Source: Geosiphon pyriformis uo1
Taxonomy: Eukaryota > Fungi > Glomeromycota
DNA length: 64,000 bases
NCBI GenBank assembly: GCA_016748015.1
Contig: JAAOMT010000375.1
Location: 64,946 to 128,945 of the forward strand
Reading direction: 5' to 3'
Numbering within the stretch: position 1 is the stretch's first letter; each line of letters begins with the position of its first letter. Shown in pieces: positions 1 to 12,700 of the stretch. The notes beneath the pieces are model-generated. The model worked only from the letters and a program-made list of their open reading frames with translations, made no database searches and was not told where the DNA came from. The position numbers and the translations under genes were made by a program.

Positions 1-660
1 CCCTTCTGGTAAGCTATCCATTAATATATATATAATTTTACCCTATTTCTGGGTCTTTTATCAGGCTATCCGTGATGTCAATTACTCAATGCTTTAATCC
101 TTAACCAGTTAATATATGACAGTAAAAATAAAAAAAATAAAAAAATAAAAGAAAATAAAAAAATAAGCCAAGACAATGTGCACGTTAGTATTTTATTAAT
201 AGCCATGATCAAAAGCTATTGTTCCAGCGTGGTTAAGTATCAATTACTATCAACATAAAATGTTGATAGTGGAGAATGAATTTGGATAGTGAATGATTTA
301 TTTATTTAATATTTTTGAATGGAAGATTTTTAACTAAAAGATTCTTTTTCTTTCTACTTCTAATGCTACTGTTATATATACATAATTGATGTTCTATAAG
401 ATCGCTCATATTCTTGAGCAATGTGCTATAATTTTTTGAACAATGCTCACATTGCTGAGTGATGTGCTCTAATTTTCTAACATTGCTCCATATTGCTAAG
501 TAATATGCCATGTTTTCTGACATTGCTCCATATTGTTGAGCAATATGCTGTAATTTCTATTATTGCTCTATATTATTGAGCAATGTGTTTACATACTACA
601 TATTATTCACTCATTGGTCTACTATTCTCCTTATATCTGTTTTTCTTTTTATGAGTAACA
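1..660 (-). mobile_element. Partial LTR of Ty3/Gypsy family 1 (element A), inserted into the RT of element B; the rest lies left of the window
   Basis: Ends in GTAACA at 655-660 (TGTTAC on - strand). Shares blocks with the LTRs at 5722-6724, 12738-13601 and 18303-19347 (ctggtaagc, A-rich tract, aatagc..gctatt hairpin, tatatatacat). It interrupts the RT frame right after RFCVDYRKFNRVTCEDS. Confidence 0.85.
400..600. repeat. Minisatellite, about 5 x 40 bp (cattgctccatattgctgagcaatgtgctgtaattttctga), inside LTR A
   Basis: Units start at about 400, 441, 481, 521 and 561. Each contains the inverted repeat ATTGCTC..GAGCAAT. Confidence 0.9.
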
Positions 661-1419
661 CTGTCTTCACAAGTAACTCTGTTGAATTTTCTATAATCTA
701 CACAAAAACGGATTTTCTTGTTCTTTTTATAAACTAGTACCACTGGCAATAACCATGAATTTATGGATAGTTGAATTAACCCATTGTCTAGCATCTGATT
801 GATTTCCTGTTAGATGATTTCATGGCTGGCTGGTGGTATTTTGTATGCTTTTTGTTTAATTAGCATGGCATCTCCAGTCTTGATCTAATGCTGAATAATG
901 TCAGTTCTGCCAAACTTATTTTCACTCATAAAGATATTAGTGAAATTTTTAAGTAGCATCTTGATTTACATATGTTACAGTGGATCTAAGTTTCCCAAGT
1001 TTATTTGTTTTAATTGTTCTGATTGAAGCAAATAGCATTTATTTCGTCTATATATAGCTTGTGATGTGATATCCACATATTCACATAGTTGTGAGAAGTC
1101 TGGAATGTGGTTTGGTAATTGGTTCTCAACTTCAATGGTTAAATATCTAATAATAGTTTTTTCTGGTATTTCAACAATATCTCCAGTTATGTTGTAAATG
1201 AAAATTTTGATATAATGGTAGTTCTTAGCTAGTATATAGAGATTAATAAATCCAATCTCTTCTGACTCACAAATAGTTGGCTCTACTTCAAAAATCTGGG
1301 CTTGATTCTTTACTTTCCTTTCTATTGTTAATATGTACTGGTCATATAATAGAATGGAAATTGATTAATGGATGAAAATAATTTCTTTTTTGTCAATAAC
1401 TTTTTTTTCTGCCATATTA

Positions 1420-1880
1420 ACTGATACATCTATTCTATCTGTGAATCCAAATTCACTAATCCTTCTAGCTGTAATCCCTAATTCTTCTTGGTTTCTTATT
1501 AATACTAACTGAGCTATTTTAACTAAAAGCAGGAATATTGCCTGTGCTATCTTTTTGTTTGGTTCTATAATGTAGGTTTTTTCTGAGTCATTTTGTAGTA
1601 TTGCAATAATATTTTCTACATATCTTGTATCAATTATTCCTCTTTGTATATTAATTCTCTTTTTTACTAAACTATTTCTGGATGCTAGTTGAACCATGGT
1701 GGTTGCTAGAATTTCCAGTGCTATTTTGAGATTAATGCAGATGTGCAAATATGGTTTCAATTTGATGACTTTTTTTTTTGGGTATCTTAGATCAAGCTTT
1801 ACATCAGTATCATGTGTACATTCTGGTATAATACCTTCATTATTATTACTGAACCATTTCAGTTTCTGCTTCTTGATAAG
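1420..1880 (-). pseudogene. dUTPase domain within pol of element B
   Basis: ORF 1365-2024 carries degenerate trimeric dUTPase motifs: DVKLDL (AGFDL), LASRNSL (RSSL), GIIDTRYVENI (GIIDxxYxG), KIAQAIF, RRISEFGFT (RGxxGFGST). Confidence 0.9.
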
Positions 1881-4800
1881 ATCAGGGAGTATAATGTATT
1901 GTTCAGAATTTAAATTGGAGTTTGAATCATTGTTATTTTGGTTGCCATTTTGAATAGAGCTGGAACCATTATTTTTGTTATTGTCAGTGTCAGAGTTTGA
2001 ATCGGAATTGAATGTTGATTCCAATTCTAATGCACAGCTGCTAATTGGTTTTTTCTCCTCTGAAATTGTGTAGATTATATGTGGTAATGGATTGTAAATA
2101 AGGTCACACTTATTACAATATTGAAAGTTATAGAGAATTAAGCAGTATTGACAGAATTAAGTGTTCAGCTATTTTAGATGCTGCTTCTGTTCTTCTTGGA
2201 TGAGTGCTAGGTTCTGGTAATGTTTATAAAAATGCTTTAAATTATTTTTAACATCATTAAAAATATCAAAAGTAAGAATATATTTGGGTTCTGGAAGAAA
2301 AAGTGAATTGTTTTTAATTTTTAGCAGTTTATTGGGTGTAGCACTTTCAACTTTGGCACTTATCATTCTCCAGATCTTGTGCTTGTCATATGGGTAACTT
2401 TCCAAATGTCTGAGTGCTTATTTCCAAGCATTGTCAATTGGAGTCCCTTTTCTCACCCAGTTGTTTATAAGAATCATGTATTGACATGTTTTGTCACATG
2501 TTTTTCCTCATTCCATATTTTTTCATTTGGTAGAGTGGTTTCACATGTGAGACAAGGTTTGTTGTCTTATTTTCCTTGCCTTTTTGGTCATTTAAAGCAT
2601 TCAAGGATGTATAGATGGCAATAAAACTTTGTTGTGATTTGCCATTCTTCATTATCACCACAGTATATACCTATTGTGAACAATTTTTTATCACAATTAA
2701 CACATATAAGCTTAAGTCAATGATAATTGGTTTGATAAAAGGTGGTGTGCAATGTATAAGTAGAGGTAATGGCTGTTGTTGACTCTTCTTCTCTTTCCTT
2801 CCTTTTTTTTTTCTTTCTAAATTAGAATTAGTGATAGCTCATTGTGATTGTGGTCAGCCCACGAGATTTGGTAGGCTTTCCAGGTAGGTTTCTTTTCTTC
2901 TTTTTTTAATTCAATTAGTGGTTTTTTGTTGGTGGTGGTTTTAAAATATTTACATATTGCTGGTACTTATGTGTGTTGCCCATTTTGATTAAATTGTAGT
3001 TCTTGAATGTTCTAGTCGAATACAGCATTGGTCTTGAACAGCCAGTTATTACTAACTAGTGCTTGGTATTAGGTGGCTTCCATGACAAGGACTTTAATTG
3101 GCACAATGATACCATTGACTTCAAAGAAGAAGTTGTCAATTTTGCCTATTGAAGTCTTTGTTGTTCCATCAGTAGTGATTATTTGTGTACTAATAGCATG
3201 ATCAACTTGGTAATCTAATTAATTCATGAGTTGTTGGGTGATAATACTGCCAGCTGATCCACTGTTTAGGATTAGTTTGATGAGCTAACCATTAACTTTG
3301 GCATCTGTATACAGAGCCATGATGGATTTTGATTCTAAGATGGCTCTACTGAATAGTGGCATTTTAATTGGTTCTTTAAGTTCAAAAGAAAAGATGGTAA
3401 TAAGTAATTTGTTTTTAATAATAGTTGCTGACAATATGTTGTTGGTAAGTGGCTGCTTTTGTTTGGCTTTCAATTTGTAGAATGTGGTGTCTTCTAAGGT
3501 AACTAGGAGACTTAAATAGTTCTGGGAATTTGGATTTTAAATATATTCTGTTTTTAAACTCCACTGTTATGATCCTAAGAATTGAGTTAAGGAACTGGGA
3601 ATCAGTTGATACATAATTATCACCAATCTTCAGTTTTGTTGAATATGGGTGATTTTCAGCCTTTGGGTTCCAGTAATTAATTAAGCTGAGTTGGATAGTA
3701 GTATTTGAATCTATTGGGGCTAATAGATTACTTGAGACTGTAGCTAATAAATAGGTTGTAGCTGCAATTAATAAACTATGGGTGCTGGAGACTAATAAAT
3801 TAGTAATTAATAGATTGGTTGCTGTGTTATGGGTAAGTAATTTGGTTGATATGGTTCTGGGTTTGATTGATAATTCGGAGTTTGAAACTGGTGATCAGAA
3901 TTTCAGTATTGATTTTCTGATCATAGAATATTACTATAAATTTGGCAACTAGCTCTAATGTGTTCTTGTTTACCACAATTGTAGCAAACATATGTCTCTG
4001 GTTGCTATGGTTGATTGGTGGATGATAATAGGTGTGTTTGATTTTGAAAACAATTTGAGTTTCCTGAATTATTATGTTGTTGTAGAAATTAATAGATTGC
4101 CTAATTGTTAGCTAAGTATTTTTTTAATTTCTGATTAATTGAATTACTGAACTGCTTCAATTTGGAATCCAAGTCAGATAATCCATTTATTACTAAATTT
4201 ATAGTTTGGACATGGTTGGCTTTTAGTTCAGTGGCTTCAAAATCTCTGGTGTAGGTGACTGCTGCTTGTAGGTCTGCTGAATGTAATAAACATATGCATT
4301 GGAAGATACTACTGCACAGGTTTTTAATGAACTGATTTAAGATTTGTGGTATGATAAAATAATCAGCTTGAATTGTTTGAATTTGACATAAGTTTCTGTG
4401 GAAGCATCCTAAGTAAGTAATGACTGCTTCAATTTTTTTTGCTTAATAGTAGTGAAGATATTGGTTAAGCAGTTGATACTATTATTGTTGCTAAAATATT
4501 GTAGGAACTCAAGCTTGAATGTGTTGAAATTTTGAGGTTTGTTGACCAAGCTTTGATATCATGAATCAGCAGTATCCTAAAGAAAGTATGAGATGGCTTG
4601 TATGGCTTTGATGTCATTTCATCTGTTGGCTGCAATGGTTTTTTCAACATCATTTAGCCATATCTAGATATCATTTTTTTTGCCAGTGAATTTTTCAATT
4701 TTTGCAATTGAAGCATATACCATTAGAGCTATAAGTGGTGGCTGTTGTGATTGTGGTAGTGGTTGAAGTGGTTGTTGTGATTGTTGCTAAGATGGTACTT

Positions 4801-5702
4801 GTGGCTGTTAAATTGGTTTAGCAATCAGTTCAATTGGTGGCTAATTGATGATAATTATCAGAGATAAGGTTTGTTAATTATTAATGTTGGGGTTTGGATC
4901 ATTCTGATTTTGTGGAGTTTGAATATTTAGGGTTTCAACTTCTGAATTTTCTAAAATCGGATTTCTCTTATTATTTTCTTGATTACTATTTTCTTTTTTC
5001 TTGGAATCAGTTATTTCCCAAGAACTAACAGTTCTGAAATCTGGTTGTGATGGTGGTGATCAAGTTTCTGATAGTGTTGAAAATTGCAACTTAAATTCCT
5101 CAAAGTAATTATTATATGTTCCCAATAACTCTGTTTTTTTCTGTTTATTTTGAAACAAAATTTTGTTTAATGGTGTTGTTGTGTTTGTGGTAAACACATC
5201 TGTTGATGTTATATTGATGATGCTTCCAGGCATGTGATGATATAATGGATTAGCAGATGAATCAACTCTCTGTTTCTTCCAAGTGGGTAATTGTATTTGC
5301 TTTGAGGTTTTTGCTGGTGTTTGCAATCTTCTTTTTTCTTTGTCAGCAAAAGTGATGAGAAATTTTTGTTTGGTGTATTTTTTTTATTTCTCTATTTATT
5401 TCTATGATTAGTGGTGCAAATAAATAATTCTGTTGCAGTGTAGTGTTTTAGAGTACTTTATTGAAAAAACTGTTGAAGGTGAATTCTGGATCTTCTTGGC
5501 CTCCCAAATAATATATTATTCTTTCATTGACATAGCAATTGAAAGCTGATTTTGTTGGCCAACTATTATTCATTAATCCAAGATAAGTGTGATAATATTG
5601 AAATAAGAATTTTGCAAATCCCAGATGGTTTGTTCCTGTTTCTTCAGATTTTGCCACTGTTTCAGATGGGTGTTGTTGGTGTTAGTTTTTTGTTGGATTA
5701 TA

Positions 5703-5719
5703 CCTCACAAGAAGCACCA
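5703..5719 (-). promoter_or_regulatory. Primer-binding site TGGTGCTTCTTGTGAGG, complementary to a tRNA 3' end (elongator Met or Ile-UAU type)
   Basis: The + strand reads CCTCACAAGAAGCACCA, 2 nt inside the LTR terminus. Degenerate equivalents occur at about 12719-12735 and 46182-46198. Confidence 0.75.
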
Positions 5720-5803
5720 AATGTTACAGATAATTATTTAGGGTCTCAAACAAATAACAAATCCATAACTTGGTGCCCAATAGCTAATATAATAATGTTG
5801 GTA

Positions 5804-5888
5804 TCTGAAGGTTTGGGTTGTCTAAAAGTTTAGGTTGTCTGAAGATTTAGATTGTCTGAAAGTTTAGGTTGTCTAAAAGTTTAGGTTG
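5804..5888. repeat. Tandem repeat, 5 x 17 bp (tctgaaggtttaggttg), in the U5 side of LTR B
   Basis: Units at 5804, 5821, 5838, 5855 and 5872. Confidence 0.9.
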
Positions 5889-6724
5889 AGTCTTTTGTAT
5901 AATAGACAGAGATTTCTGTATTATTTTATTCATAGCTTCGCAAAATCACAATTCCATTAATTTTTTTCTTAGCTTAGTAGTCAGCAATCCTCTGGTAAGC
6001 AATCCATAATTCTTATACATTCTACCTACTTATAGGGGTTTTTTACCAGACAATCCTTGACATTAATAACTTAGTGCTTAATTTTTAATCAATTAGTCAA
6101 CAACAAGAAATAACAAATAAAAGAAAAAAAAAAAAATAAAAGAAAAAAAAGAAATAAGCCAAGACAATAAATATTAATATCTTATCAATAGCTGTAATCA
6201 AGAGCTATTGTTTTAGTGTAGTTAAGTATCAATTACTATCAATATTTAGAGTTGATAGCAAGCAATTGGATTTGAAATATGGAATAAGTATATTTATTAA
6301 TATTTTGGAGTGATATGTTTCTAACTAAAAATGGTAGCTAATGACTTTCTGTCTAAAGCTTCTATTTTTTCTGCTTCTATTGCTATTGTTATATATACAT
6401 ATTTTCTAGTTTTACAGGATTGTTTTGGATCATCTGTTTTTGCTAGCTATTGTTTCATTTTTTTTACATTATAACTAATTATCTTATGTTATAACATATT
6501 ATCTGACATTATTACATGTTATTTTGTGTTATCCTGTATTATAACACATTATCCTATGTTATAATGTATTATTCTGTGTTATTCTGCATTATAACATATT
6601 ATCTTACATTATAATACATTATCCAACATTATTGTGCATTATTCTGTGTCTCTTCATGTTTTATCACATTTTTTTTGGTCACATTTTTTTTTTTTCTTTA
6701 ATAGGCTTTTTTTTTCAAGTAATA

Positions 6725-9700
6725 ATATATAGTATAATTAAATAGTGATAGTTTTATTTTCCATTTTGCATAATAATTATTTCCAAATTTTTGTTTTTGA
6801 ATTGATGTCAATTCTTTGTGATTAGTATATACATTAAACTTTTAGCTTAAGTATTTTTTCTATTTGATAACAGTCTAATAGATAACTAAATATTTTAATG
6901 TTAAAGTTTTATAGTTTTTTTTAGTTGAATTTAAACTTTGGCTGGCATATGTCACTAAATGTTCTTGTCTATTGGCTTTTTTTTGTAACAATATGGCTTT
7001 CAATACTTGATCAGATGTATTAATAGTAATAATAAATGGCTTGTTGTAATTTGGATAAATTAGTACTAGAGCTTGAATAAGCTTTCTTCTTAAAATATTA
7101 AAAGCTTTTTGTTGAGTTTTAATCTATTTATATTTAGCATTTTTTGCTTAGAGCTGGTAAAGTAGTTAAGTCAGTTTGGAGAAGTTTTGGATAAAATGAC
7201 AATAGTATTCAGCAAATCTCAAGAATGTTTTTAATTTTGTAAAATTTGTTGATATCAAAAAATTTTTAACTATTTTAATTTTATTTAAATCTGTTTTAAT
7301 GTTATTTTTGTTCATAATATGTCCCAAAAACTTGAGTTCAGTTTTTTCAAAAAAACATTTGGTGGTATTTAGCTTTAGCCCTGTTCTTTTTAATCTTTCA
7401 AACATTTGTTAGAGATAATGGAAATAATTATCAAATGTTTTCAAAAACACATTGGTGGTTATTTAAGTAAACTACTACAGATTTTCATAGCAATCTAATA
7501 TATACAATTTTCATAAATCATTGAAAAGTGGCTGAAGTATTGATTAAGCTAAATGGCATAATGTTAAATTTAAAATTTTTTTCTTTGATAATAAATGCTA
7601 TCTTCTTTTTGTTTGCTGAATTCATGGCTACTTGTCAGTAATCACTATTTAAGTCCAATGTTAAGAACTATTTTTTCTCTCTAAAAACATTGAATAGTTC
7701 TTGGATCCATAAAGTTAAATAACTGTTTCCATATATTATACTGTTGAGCTTTCTGTAATCTACACAAAAGTGGATTTTTTTATTTTTTTTACAGACAAGT
7801 ACTATTAGTAATAACCATAGACTTATTAATGATTGAATTAATCTGTTGTTTAATATTTAATTAATTTCTTGTCAAATGATTTTATGGTTAACAAGTGGTA
7901 TTCTGTTTACTTGTTGCTTTATTGGCATGACATTTCGAGTTTTTGATTTGATGCTAAATAATATCAGTTTAGCCAAATTTGTTTTTACTTACAAAAATAT
8001 TAGTGAAATTGTTAAGTAATATTTTGAACTATATATATTAAAGTAGATCTAAATTTTTTAAGTTCATTTGTTTCAATTGTTCTGATTGTAACAAATAGCA
8101 TTCTTTTCTTTTATATATGATTTGGGATGTAATATCCATATATTTGCATAGTTGTAAAAAGTCTGAAATGGTAATTGGTAATTGGTTCTTAACTTTAGTG
8201 CTTAATTATCTAATGATAGTTCTATTTGGTATTTCTATAAGGTTTTTGGTTGTGTTGTGTATTGGAATCTTAATATGTTTGTGGTTTTTGGCTGGTATAT
8301 AGAGATTAATAATGGCAATTTCTCGTAATTTACAAATAATGGCTTTTACTTCAAAAATTTGGGGTTGATCTTTCACTTTTTTTTATAGTTAACATATACT
8401 AATTATATAATAAAATAAAAATAGATTAATTGGTAAAAATAATTTTTCTCTTATCAATGATTTTTTTTTCTGTCATATTAACTGGTATCTCTATTTTACT
8501 TATGGATCCAAATTTCTTTATTTTTTTTGCTGTAATTTTTAATTTTTAATTTATTTTTATTAATATTAATTGAGCTATTTTAATTAAAAACAGAAATATT
8601 GTCTATGCTATTTTTTTATTTGGTTTAATAGTGTATTTTTTTTTGAGTTATTTTGTAGTATTGTAATAATATTTCCTACATATTCTGCATTAATTATTTC
8701 TCTTCTAATATTAATTTCTTTTTTTACTAAACTAAATCTAGAGACTAATTGAATCATTGTTATTGCCAGAATTTCCAATACTAATTTTAAATCTATGCTG
8801 ATACATAAATAAAGTTCCAATATAATGGCAGTTTTTTCTGGATATTAGAAATCAAACCCTGTATTAATATTATGTACATATTCTGGCATAATACTCTTAT
8901 TATTATTACTGAATCATTTGAGTTTTTGCTTTTTTAAGAAATCTAAAAGTGCAATATATTGTTTGGGATTTTTGTCAAAGTTTGAATCATCATTGTTGTT
9001 ATTATGAACAGAATTAAAACTGTTGTTGTTGTTATTATTATTAAAGTCTGAATTGTGATTAAATTTTGATTTTGATTCCAATATGCATTCACTGATTGGT
9101 TTTTTTTTTCAGGAATTGAATAAATCATGTATAGTAGTAGATTGTAAATAAAATTATAATTGTCACAATATTCAAAGTCATTGGAAATTAGACAATATTT
9201 ACAAAATCTAGTGTTTATTTGTTTCAAATACTGCTCTTGCTTTTTTCTAGTAGATGCTAAATCTTGATAATATTTGTGGAATTGTTTTAGATTACTCAAA
9301 ATATTAATAAATACATTTGAATTGAAAATGAAAACAGTTTCAACAGATTTTGGTGGGTTGTTTTTAATTACTAATATTTTGTTGGATAAAATGCCTTTGA
9401 CTTTGACATTTGTCATTCTTCAAATCTTGTCTTTATTGTATAGATAACTATTTAAGCATAAGAGTGTTCAATTTTACATAGCATTGAAAAACATTCTTTT
9501 GTTTACTCAGTTGCTTATAAGAATTATGTATTAATATAATTTATCACACATTTCTCTTCAACCAAAAATATTATTCCATATTTTTTTATTAAGTAAGATT
9601 TTTTCACAAATGAAACATAGTTTATTGTCCTACTTTTTTTGTTGTTTTGGGTAACCAAAGTGTTCTTAATAGTATGATTTGCAATAGTAGTGGATATGCA

Positions 9701-12700
9701 TTCAGTAGTTTTCTTTTGGTAAAATCTAAGCTTCTATGAATAAAAGCTTTTTTTTATAGTTAATGCATCTAAGTAGAATATAGGATAGTTTTTTTCTGGT
9801 TTTCACTGTGTATAGAATATGTTAACCATTATTTGTTTCTTTTGTGAAGATAGTGGCTTGAAGTTTATTTTCTTTTTTCCTTTTTTTTTGTTGTTCCAAA
9901 AGAAAATTAGTGGCAGTTCATTGTGTTTGTTTTCTGTTTACAAAACTTAATAAGCTTTCCAGATAAGGATTTTTTTTTGAACTCAATTAGTAATGATTAA
10001 ATGGTAGTGTTTATTCTAAAGTAGCCACAAATAGCTGGTATTCAAATATGCTAATCATTTTGACTAAACTGTAACTCTTACATGATTCAGTCAAGTATAG
10101 TATTGGTTTTGAACAACCAGTTATTACCAATAAAAGCTTGATATTGGGTGGCTTTTATAACTAGAACTTTAATTAACATAATAATACTGTTGACTTTAAA
10201 TAAAAAGTTGTTGATTTTACCAATAAAAGTTTTTGTTACTCTATTGGCTTTAGTAATTCTGGTGCTGGCAGTATAATTAACTTGATGACTTAATTGGTCC
10301 ATGAATTGTCATGTAATAATACTGTCTGCTAATTTACTATTAAGGATTAGCTTGATAGATTGGTTATCAACTTTGGTATCTGTGTATATTGTGATAATTG
10401 GTTTAGTATTGAAAGCAGTTCTACTAAATAGAGATGTTATTGCTAATTTTTTTAATTCAAAAGAAAAAATAGTTGCAAATAACTCATCTTTAGTGACTGT
10501 TGCTAGTAGAATATTGTTAGTAAGTAGTATTGGATTGGTTTTTAAGTTATTGGATGAGTTGTTTTCTGGAGTAACTAAAAAACTTAAATAGTTCTGTAAA
10601 TTTGGGTTTTACATGTACTCACTTTTCAAATTCTGTTGACATAATTCTAATGGCTGGTTGGAGAAACTGAAGATTGATTGGTACATAACTATTGCTAATT
10701 TTCAGTTCTGTTGTGTACATATAATTTTTAATATTTGGTTACTAATTGACATTTGAACTATGTTTTGTGGCAGTGTTTAAATTGGTTGAAGTTAATAAAT
10801 TACTTGTGACTGCAGTTAATAAATTACTAGTACTGAAGTCTAATAAACTAAAAGTACATATATAAGTTATTATATTATTTAGAAGTAATAAGATTAATAT
10901 TAATATAGTCTTAATAACAAATTGTTGGCATAGTTCTGGATTTGAAATCTGCAATTAGAGTTTCAATATTGATTTCCCAATTGTTGGTTAAATCTGGAAT
11001 AGTAATCTGCTTTTAAATGGCCTTGTTTATTATAGTAGTAGCAATTATAAATTTCTTGTTGTCATTGTTAATTTAATAATAACAATAATATTAAATGTGA
11101 TTAATTTTGGAAATGATTAAAGTTTCTTGAATTGTTGTAATATTGTAGAAGCTAATAAATGGCTTAATTATTAGCTAAATATTTTTCTAATTTCTGGTTA
11201 ATAAAGTTGCTAAATTGTTTTAGCTTAGAATTTAATTTAAATAATCAGTTTATTACTAGATTTATGGCTTGAACATAATTGGTTTTAAGTTCAGCTAATT
11301 CAAAATTTTTGGCATAGATGACTGCATTCTAAAGAATATTTGGATGCATTAAGCATACTTATTGTAACAAGCTATTGTATAATCTACAAATTAATTAATT
11401 TAAAATCTGTGATATCATAAAGTAATCAACTTGAATTGTCTAAATTTGGTACAAATTTTGATAAAAACATCTCAAATATGTGGTAACTGTTTTAATATTG
11501 TTTTGTTTGATAATGGTAAAGTTAATTAATAACCAATTGATACTGTTGTAATTGCTGAAATATTGTAGAAATATATTTTTAAATATGTTAAAAATTTGTG
11601 GCTTGTTAATTAGACTCTAATACCATAAGTTAATAGTATTTTGTAAGAAATAGAAAATGACTTGAAAAACTCTAGCATTATCTTATCTATTGGCTGCAAT
11701 AGCTTTTGATACATTATTCAATCATGTTTGGACATTGTTCTTTTTGCCAGTAAATTTTTTAAGTTTAATAATAGGTGTATATGTCATTGGTACAAGTTGT
11801 TATTGTAGTTGTTGTTAAAGTTGTTGTTAAAATTGTTGTTGTAGTGCAGTAATTGGTGCAATTAGTGAATTAATTATGATAATTAAAGATAAGTTTTGTT
11901 AAAAAATAAAAGCAGAGTTTAGATTATTCAGATTTTGTTAAGTTTAAACAATTAAAGTTATAATTTTTAGGTTAATTAGAATTAGGTTTTAATTATTATT
12001 TTCTTGATTATTGTTTTCTTTTTTTTCTGAATCAATGTTTTTTCAATGACTGATAGATCTGAAATTTGGTTAAGGTGACAGTAATTAAAGTTTTAATGAT
12101 ATTATTAGTCATAATTTAAATTTTTCAAAAAAATTGCTGTAAGTTTTTAGTAATTTGGCTTTTTCTTGATTATTTTGAAATAGTACTCTTATTAATAATG
12201 TTTTTGCAACTGCTGTAAACATAACTGCTGGTGTTATGTAAATGGTACTTCCAAACATATGATGATATAATAGATAAATAAGTAAAACAATTCTTAGTTT
12301 TTTTCAAGTAGACAGTTGTATTTTTTTAGTGTTTTTGTTAAAGTTTGTAATTTTTTTTTGTCTGCAAAGGTAATAAAAAATTTTTGTTGTGTGTATTTTT
12401 CAATTTTTTTGTTTATTTTTGTAATTAGTGGTGCAAACAAATAGTTTGGTAGAAATATAGTGTTTTGGAGTAATTTACTATAGAAATTATTGAAGACAGT
12501 TTTTAGATCTCCTTGGTTTTTTAAGTAGAATTTAATTTTTTGTTGATGTAGAAGTTGAAAGCTAATTTTGCTAGTCAATAGTTATTTGTTAGTCTGAAAT
12601 GAGTTTAATAATGTTGAAATAAAGATTTTGCAAATCTTAAATAATTTTTTCTTATAATTTTTTGGTCTGTCACTTTTCTGAATAGTTGATATTAGTACTG

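Larger units (their letters stand above)
661..6724 (-). mobile_element. Ty3/Gypsy family 1 element B, 5' half, degenerate: 5' LTR, PBS, gag, protease, Cys-rich region, dUTPase, RT N-terminus
   Basis: LTR 5722-6724 (TGTTAC..GTAATA). PBS 5703-5719. Gag capsid about 4150-4730. Zinc knuckle CYNCGKQEHIRASC about 3945-3990. Protease LILNSGSAG (DSG-type) about 3250-3280. dUTPase about 1420-1880. RT motifs VVLVYKK..RFCVDYRK at 661-800. Many stops and frameshifts. Confidence 0.93.

Noticed and set aside
400-600. Regularly spaced palindromic repeats (also 19069-19230, 39695-39790) as a CRISPR array
   Set aside because: They are head-to-tail tandem units without unique spacers, lie inside LTRs, have no cas genes nearby, and the context is eukaryotic.
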